A DNA stretch of 64,000 bases from a virus (lineage: Duplodnaviria; Caudoviricetes): positions 9,372-73,371 of IMG/VR virus record IMGVR_UViG_3300010163_000019. One strand, given 5' to 3'. Each line of letters begins with the position of its first letter. Within the stretch, counting starts at the first letter, position 1. This document shows positions 58,199 to 64,000 of the stretch, piece after piece. Under the pieces are notes generated by a model. It did no database searches. It saw only the letters and a program-made list of their open reading frames with translations, and was not told where the DNA came from. The position numbers and the translations under genes are program-made.

Positions 58199-61100
58199 TT
58201 GAATTATACAGTATATCATCTACATAGTGATTTGAGTAACGGAGTTACGAATATAGATAGTGTTACCAAATATAACGAATATATTTCATATGCACAATCA
58301 TTAGGAATGAAAACTATGGGATTTTCAGAGCATGGTTCTATACTGGAATGGGTGCATAAAAAAACAAAAATTGAATCATGTGGCATGAAATATATCCATG
58401 CAGAAGAATTTTATGTGACAGAACAATTATACTTTGAGCCTGATACAACAGAATTGTGCGAGTCGTTACTTGGTACAGATAAAAAAGAAGCACAAGAGGA
58501 AATTAGTAAATATATTGAAGAGAATAAAACTCAAAAAAGAGACAATTATCACTGTGTTTTGATCGCCAAAAACTATGCTGGGGTAGTAGAATTGAATGAA
58601 TTATCTTCCAGAGCGTTTGTAAGAGACGGTCATTTTTATTACAATCCTAGAATTTCATTTGATGAGTTGATTTCTACGTCAGACAACATAATTATATGCA
58701 CAGCATGTATTGGCGGCATATTAGCCAGTGGGACAAAGGAAATACAAGAGAAGTTTTTGCAGTTCCTAATTGATAATAAGCATAGATGTTATTTAGAAAT
58801 ACAGCATCATTGTGATGATATGCAGATTAAGTATAATCAATATCTTGCTTTTATTTCAAAGAAACATGGAATACCTTTGATTGCAGGAACAGATACACAT
58901 GCTTTAGATGAAAGACATTTGCTTGGCAGAACAATTATGCAGAAGTCAAAAGAGGTTAAATTTGATAATGAATCAAATTGGGATCTGACTTTTAAGAGTT
59001 ATGATGAACTTGTAAAGGCATACGAAAAGCAGAGAGCATTATCTAAAGGTATTTATTTGGAAGCAATAGAAAATACTAATGTTATGGCTGATTCCATAGA
59101 AGAATTTAGTTTGGATTATTCAAAGAAATATCCTAAATTATACAATGATTCTATGGGAGTTTTTAAACAGAAAATATTAGATGGTATTAAGAAGAGGAGT
59201 GTAAATAAGTATAGCAATTTTCAAGAATATAAAGATAAGATTGTGTATGAGATAGAAACATACAAACATAATGACGCAATCGATTTCATGTTGCTTGAAG
59301 AAGACTATAAGAGAGAACTTAGAAAACAGGGTGTACATTATGGATATTCAAGAGGATCTGTGTCTGGAAGTATCATAGCATATTTGCTTGGAATTACAGA
59401 TGTTGACAGTATTAAATACAATCTGAATTTTGAGAGGTTCATGAATAAGGAGAGAATTAGTCTTGCAGATGTAGATTCAGATTGGTTCAGTGAAGATAGG
59501 TGGAAAGTCAGAAAATACCTATTTGAAAAAGAAGGGTTGTATTGTTGTAATATTATTACTTTTAACACAATAAAAATGCGAGGTGCAATTAAGGATGTTG
59601 GAAGGGCGTTAGGAATGACACCACAAGAAACACAGGAATTATCTAATCTTGTTCAGGAGGATGAAAATAAAAAAGAATTTGTTGATGAAAAGGTTAGAAA
59701 TAAACATAAGGAATTGTTTGAGTATGTAGACATTGTGGTTGGTACTATTACATCACTTGGCAGACACGCAGCCGGACTTGTCGTATCTCCACATGAAGTA
59801 GACAAGGCGTTTGGTACATTGTATATATCTTCAGATGATAAGCCGATTTCACAGATAAATATGAAAGAGATAGATTCTTTGAATTATGTGAAGTTGGATA
59901 TTCTTGGACTTGATTGTGTTGGACTAATAGATAAAACATGTAAAGCTGTTGGCATTCCATTTATTACACCAGATAATATTGATTTCAATGATAAAAATGT
60001 ATGGGACGATATTGCAAAAGATACTACTTTGATTTTTCAGTTTGAATCTGATTTTGCTGGTTCATATCTAAGAGATATTCTAAGCGAGTCAACCATCAAA
60101 AATATCAAAAAACAGAATCCAAACTTCTCATATATAGACTTAATGAGTATGGCTAATGGTGCAATCAGGCCAGCAGGTGCTTCTTACAGAACAGAATTAT
60201 CACAAGGAATTTATAGGGATAATGGACATGTTGCATTGAATGATTTTCTGACGCCTACCCTTGGCTATTTAGTATATCAGGAACAGATCATAGAATTTTT
60301 GTATAAGTTTTGTGGTTTTACAATGGGTGAAGCTGATATTGTGCGTAGGCACTTTAGTAAGAAAACAGGTACAGAAAATGATATTCCAGTCATTAAAGAT
60401 GGCGGGTATATGCTTGATGATAAAGGAAAACCAGTAAATAACCACTACATCAAAGGATTTATACAAACAATGAAAGATGAATATGATGTGGAGAATGAAA
60501 AGGCAGAAGAACTAATTGTAAACTTTCTTCAAGTAATTATAGATGCGTCAGCCTACTTGTTTTCTAAAAACCATGCTGATCCATATTCATTTTTGGGATT
60601 TGCCTGTGGTTATTTAAGGCATTATTACACGATTGAAACTTTAACGTCTGCTCTCAATATTTATACATCTGACAAAGAAAAGTCTTTGAATATCAAAGAA
60701 TATATCTTGTCAAAAGGTTATACGATAGAGCCAATAAGATTCAGAAAATCAAAAGCAGAATATGAGTATGACAAAGATGGTGGTACGATTTATCAGGGAA
60801 TTGGAGCAATTAAATATTGTAATGATACCATTGCTGAAGAACTATATGCACTAAGAAATAATAAATACGATTCATTTGTAGAACTTATAAAGGATATAAA
60901 AGAGCATACATCTGTAAATTCCAGGCAGTTAGAAATCCTTACTGGTTTAAATTTCTTTTCAGAGTTTGGCAAAAATAAATATCTGTTAGGAGTTATACAG
61001 GTTTATGACAAATTTGCAACTTGTAAGCAGATAAAAAAGAGCAAATTAGAAGAATTAGGGGTTTCTGAATATATAGCGAAGAAGTATTCAGGAAAAGAAA

Positions 61101-61513
61101 CAAATTCTTTATTTAAAGAAATAGACAATATTGGTTTGGTTAAGGAATTGTGTAGCCATATAGAGAATAGGGAAATGGGAATCATTGAGATGATCAAATT
61201 TGAAAAGGAACATCTTGAAATGGTGGTATATACCAATCCTAAAGTTAGTGACAATTATTATATCATTGTAGACTACAAAACATTTAAAGATGCTACAAAA
61301 CCATATTTTACAGCACGAAAAGTAAGGACTGGTGAAGAAATACATTCAAGGATTAAACAGGGTAGAATATTTAAGGAAAGTCCGTTTGGATTATATTCGG
61401 TACTGAAAATAAAGGAATTTGATAAAGAATTTAAAAAGAAACCTATCAACGGTGTCTGGACAGTAACAGATGAGTTAGAAGATGTGTTGACAAATTATGA
61501 AGTAATTAAGTAG
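58199..61513 (+). CDS. dnaE: DNA polymerase III alpha subunit (PHP + family C polymerase)
   Basis: HLHSD, FSEHG, GYSRGSVSGS, FERF, LADVDSD, HAAG, KLDILGL, YQEQ, FSKNHA. Confidence 0.95.
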   Translation: MNYTVYHLHSDLSNGVTNIDSVTKYNEYISYAQSLGMKTMGFSEHGSILEWVHKKTKIESCGMKYIHAEEFYVTEQLYFEPDTTELCESLLGTDKKEAQEEISKYIEENKTQKRDNYHCVLIAKNYAGVVELNELSSRAFVRDGHFYYNPRISFDELISTSDNIIICTACIGGILASGTKEIQEKFLQFLIDNKHRCYLEIQHHCDDMQIKYNQYLAFISKKHGIPLIAGTDTHALDERHLLGRTIMQKSKEVKFDNESNWDLTFKSYDELVKAYEKQRALSKGIYLEAIENTNVMADSIEEFSLDYSKKYPKLYNDSMGVFKQKILDGIKKRSVNKYSNFQEYKDKIVYEIETYKHNDAIDFMLLEEDYKRELRKQGVHYGYSRGSVSGSIIAYLLGITDVDSIKYNLNFERFMNKERISLADVDSDWFSEDRWKVRKYLFEKEGLYCCNIITFNTIKMRGAIKDVGRALGMTPQETQELSNLVQEDENKKEFVDEKVRNKHKELFEYVDIVVGTITSLGRHAAGLVVSPHEVDKAFGTLYISSDDKPISQINMKEIDSLNYVKLDILGLDCVGLIDKTCKAVGIPFITPDNIDFNDKNVWDDIAKDTTLIFQFESDFAGSYLRDILSESTIKNIKKQNPNFSYIDLMSMANGAIRPAGASYRTELSQGIYRDNGHVALNDFLTPTLGYLVYQEQIIEFLYKFCGFTMGEADIVRRHFSKKTGTENDIPVIKDGGYMLDDKGKPVNNHYIKGFIQTMKDEYDVENEKAEELIVNFLQVIIDASAYLFSKNHADPYSFLGFACGYLRHYYTIETLTSALNIYTSDKEKSLNIKEYILSKGYTIEPIRFRKSKAEYEYDKDGGTIYQGIGAIKYCNDTIAEELYALRNNKYDSFVELIKDIKEHTSVNSRQLEILTGLNFFSEFGKNKYLLGVIQVYDKFATCKQIKKSKLEELGVSEYIAKKYSGKETNSLFKEIDNIGLVKELCSHIENREMGIIEMIKFEKEHLEMVVYTNPKVSDNYYIIVDYKTFKDATKPYFTARKVRTGEEIHSRIKQGRIFKESPFGLYSVLKIKEFDKEFKKKPINGVWTVTDELEDVLTNYEVIK

Positions 61514-61523
61514 GCGAGGTTAT

Positions 61524-63821
61524 ATGTTGAAAAGTAACAATGAAAAAGAAGTATTATTTAAAGGAAGAATTGTCAGACCTATATATGAAAGTGAAGATTA
61601 CAGGGTATATGCGGTAGATGTCGATAAAGATACCTACCCAGATATCAAACTCACAAAGTATGGGAATGCAACAATATCTGGCGAGATACATGAGTTGGGT
61701 AAAGGAATCGAATATGAGATAAAGGCGGTTGAACAGCTAACAAAAAATGGTTGGGGATACAAAGTTATCAATATCCGAAGAAACAAACCACAATCTGCTG
61801 ATGACATGTATGTTTTCTTGCAAGAAATCTTGACACTCAATCAGGCACAGACATTATATAAGGTATATCCAGATATTGTTGATCGTGTAATGAATAATAA
61901 TCTTAATGATATCGATTTAAATAAATTGCATGGAATTAAGGAATATACGTTTAATATTATTAAAGATAAGATTGTTGAAAATTTCTGCCTGGCAGAATTA
62001 GTGGTAGAGTTTCAAGGATTATTGAGCCTTCCCATGTTGAAAAAGTTGTATGAAAAGTATGCATCAATTACCATGATTAAGAAGAAACTCAAAGAAAATC
62101 CGTATAAATGTTTATGTGGATTAGCCAGAGTGGGATTTGCAACAGCAGATAGCATTTTGCTTGAATTGGAAAAGGCTTCAAAAGAGAATGTAAAAAATGG
62201 TAAACCAGAAATTATTGAGTTTGAGTCAGAATTAAGAACCAGCAATCATAGATGTTTATCCTGTATGTTATACCTATTGGAGAAAAATGAGGAAGATGGA
62301 CACACATTAATGTCAATCAATGAGTTAAGGAATCAATGTATGAAGATGGTTCCGGCATGTTCTAATCATTTTGTAGAGTGTATGAAACACGAAAGTATTT
62401 ATTATGACAAGGAATCTATGGTTGTTTCGATCAGAAGGACATATGAAATAGAGAAATATATAGCAGAGAAGATAGTTGCTGGTCTTGCAAATACAAAAAA
62501 TAGATGGGATTTTGATTATAAGAAATATCACACTGTTAATGGCTGTGAATTATCAGATGAACAGGTAAAAATCGTAGAGAATATCTGTAAATATAATGTC
62601 TGTATTTTGAACGGAGCAGGAGGAACAGGAAAATCCTTTTGTACTCAGGCAGTCATCAATATGCTGAAGGATAACAATAAATCATTTAGACTGTTTTCTC
62701 CGACTGGCAAAGCAGCAAAGGTATTATCTGATTATACAAAAGAACATGCTATGACAATACATAGAGGGCTTGGATATATGCCGCCTGATACATGGAGTTT
62801 TAATGAAGAACACAAATTGGATTGTAATGTGCTGATTATTGACGAGTTTTCCATGACAGATATTTTCTTATTCAAAAGAGTATTGGATGCCGTTGACTTT
62901 AATAAAACAAAGTTGCTATTGATAGGAGATAATGCACAGCTTCCATCAGTATCATGTGGGAATCTGCTTCATGATTTTATGCAGACAAATATTATTCCAA
63001 CGGTTACATTAACAAAAGTTTTCCGTTATGGAGAAGGTGGATTGATGAAAATTGCAACAGATGTTCGCTTTTGTAAAGAATATCTTACAGGAATTAATAA
63101 TCAATTTACATGGTTTGGTACAAATAAAGACTATGCCTTTGTCAATGTTGGTAGTGATATCATGGTGAAAAATGCAGTTGCTTTGTACAGTAAATTGCTT
63201 TCACAGGGATATAAAGTTGAGGATATACAGTTGCTTACATTATATAAGAAGGGAGATGTCGGAACCGTAGTAATAAACAACGCAATACAGAAAGTTGCTA
63301 ATCCTAATTATGGCAGCACAGAATGTATGAAAGTTGGAGATACAGTTTATTTCAAAGGGGATCAGATTATACAAAATGTCAATAACTATCATGCACAGCT
63401 ATTTGTAGATGATGATTATGGATTTGATGAAGATTTGAGAGAAACTTTTATTGCAAATGGAGAAACGGGTATTGTAAAGGATGTATTTACAAGTTATCTA
63501 ATCATTGATTTTGATAGTGTAAAGGTAAAGTATTACAGAAATGATATGCAGATGGTTGGTCTTGGATATTGTATCACGATCCATAAATCACAGGGAAGTT
63601 CAATAAAGGTGGTGATTTTGCTTACGCCTCAGTCTCATGCGTATATGCTAAATTCCAATCTCATATATGTAGGATTAACCAGAATGAAAGAGAAGTGTTT
63701 TCATTTAGGGAATATAGATACTGTAAACCAGTCTGTAAAAAAGAAAGCAAATTTTGTTAGAAATACATTTATGCAGAGATTGATAAAGGAAAGTTGCGAG
63801 AATTTGAAGAAAACAGCATAA
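61524..63821 (+). CDS. recD2: ATP-dependent RecD-like helicase
   Basis: NGAGGTGKS, TIHR, IIDEFSM, GDNAQLPSV, ITIHKSQGS, YVGLTR. Confidence 0.9.
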   Translation: MLKSNNEKEVLFKGRIVRPIYESEDYRVYAVDVDKDTYPDIKLTKYGNATISGEIHELGKGIEYEIKAVEQLTKNGWGYKVINIRRNKPQSADDMYVFLQEILTLNQAQTLYKVYPDIVDRVMNNNLNDIDLNKLHGIKEYTFNIIKDKIVENFCLAELVVEFQGLLSLPMLKKLYEKYASITMIKKKLKENPYKCLCGLARVGFATADSILLELEKASKENVKNGKPEIIEFESELRTSNHRCLSCMLYLLEKNEEDGHTLMSINELRNQCMKMVPACSNHFVECMKHESIYYDKESMVVSIRRTYEIEKYIAEKIVAGLANTKNRWDFDYKKYHTVNGCELSDEQVKIVENICKYNVCILNGAGGTGKSFCTQAVINMLKDNNKSFRLFSPTGKAAKVLSDYTKEHAMTIHRGLGYMPPDTWSFNEEHKLDCNVLIIDEFSMTDIFLFKRVLDAVDFNKTKLLLIGDNAQLPSVSCGNLLHDFMQTNIIPTVTLTKVFRYGEGGLMKIATDVRFCKEYLTGINNQFTWFGTNKDYAFVNVGSDIMVKNAVALYSKLLSQGYKVEDIQLLTLYKKGDVGTVVINNAIQKVANPNYGSTECMKVGDTVYFKGDQIIQNVNNYHAQLFVDDDYGFDEDLRETFIANGETGIVKDVFTSYLIIDFDSVKVKYYRNDMQMVGLGYCITIHKSQGSSIKVVILLTPQSHAYMLNSNLIYVGLTRMKEKCFHLGNIDTVNQSVKKKANFVRNTFMQRLIKESCENLKKTA

Positions 63822-64000
63822 AAATTATCTATATATAGTAGTTTGCAAAATAAAAGCTACTATATATAGACTAAAAATGGCAATGAAATAGGACTTTCAA
63901 AGAGTGACATTATGTAACATCACATATCCACTTTTGAATAGAGTTAAAGTTTTTTAATGACATTTGGAATTTAATGTCTTGCTGGAATTCTTGTGCTGGT

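Larger units (their letters stand above)
3187..63899. repeat. Dispersed 16-bp intergenic motif TRAAW-N6-TTTYA (about 20 copies at gene junctions)
   Basis: Exact copies start at 4619, 4828, 7852, 11340, 25989, 28860, 29367, 29792, 32142, 33476, 39437, 45456, 46605, 50116, 63884; one-mismatch copies at 3187, 12464, 30634, 34349, 44018. Confidence 0.75.
1..64000 (+). mobile_element. Segment of a large SPbeta-like temperate phage/prophage (no att ends or structural genes in window)
   Basis: Co-oriented dense phage-type ORFs; BRO and KilAC antirepressor domains; SSB-ATPase-helicase-primase-DnaE order as in the SPbeta yorF-yorL region; no housekeeping genes. Confidence 0.85.

Noticed and set aside
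1179-62531. Numerous minus-strand ORFs in the track (e.g. 10378-10755, 49265-49777, 53374-53934)
   Set aside because: Antisense shadows of well-supported + strand genes, with no RBS or motifs
58199-63821. Intein or group I intron in dnaE or recD2
   Set aside because: Continuous ORFs of ordinary length; no intein splice or LAGLIDADG motifs seen
1-64000. Stop-codon reassignment (alternative genetic code)
   Set aside because: Long genes translate cleanly in the standard code; only one in-frame stop lesion was seen

Overview
AT-rich 64 kb segment of a large SPbeta-like temperate phage or prophage, probably from a gut Clostridia/Lachnospiraceae host. The host is inferred from gene content and RBS style. 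Almost all genes are on the + strand. Left part (1-14.5 kb): RepA_N initiator with internal iterons, HNH-AP2 endonuclease, a methyltransferase, an intact tyrosine recombinase, three type II toxin-antitoxin pairs and a frameshifted HEPN gene. 14.5-22 kb: a promoter with a structured leader, a tRNA-like element with a shortened anticodon loop, and a cluster of ParB/Srx-fold genes including a sigma factor-DUF262 fusion. 22-51 kb: a long array of small accessory genes, including several DNA methyltransferases, two PAPS-reductase-family proteins, a radical SAM protein, RNA ligase, HD hydrolase, SLOG, LemA and HNH. 51-64 kb: the replisome (SSB-like, AAA ATPase, helicase, primase, PD-(D/E)xK nuclease, DnaE, RecD2). 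Two unexplained non-coding signals stand out. (1) A 16-bp TRAAW-N6-TTTYA site recurs at about 20 accessory-gene junctions but not inside the core operons, resembling tyrosine-recombinase cassette sites. (2) A fixed-geometry leader with a distant Shine-Dalgarno, two variable palindromes and an anti-SD precedes several DNA-modification-type enzymes. All family assignments are by motif recognition only; no searches were run.
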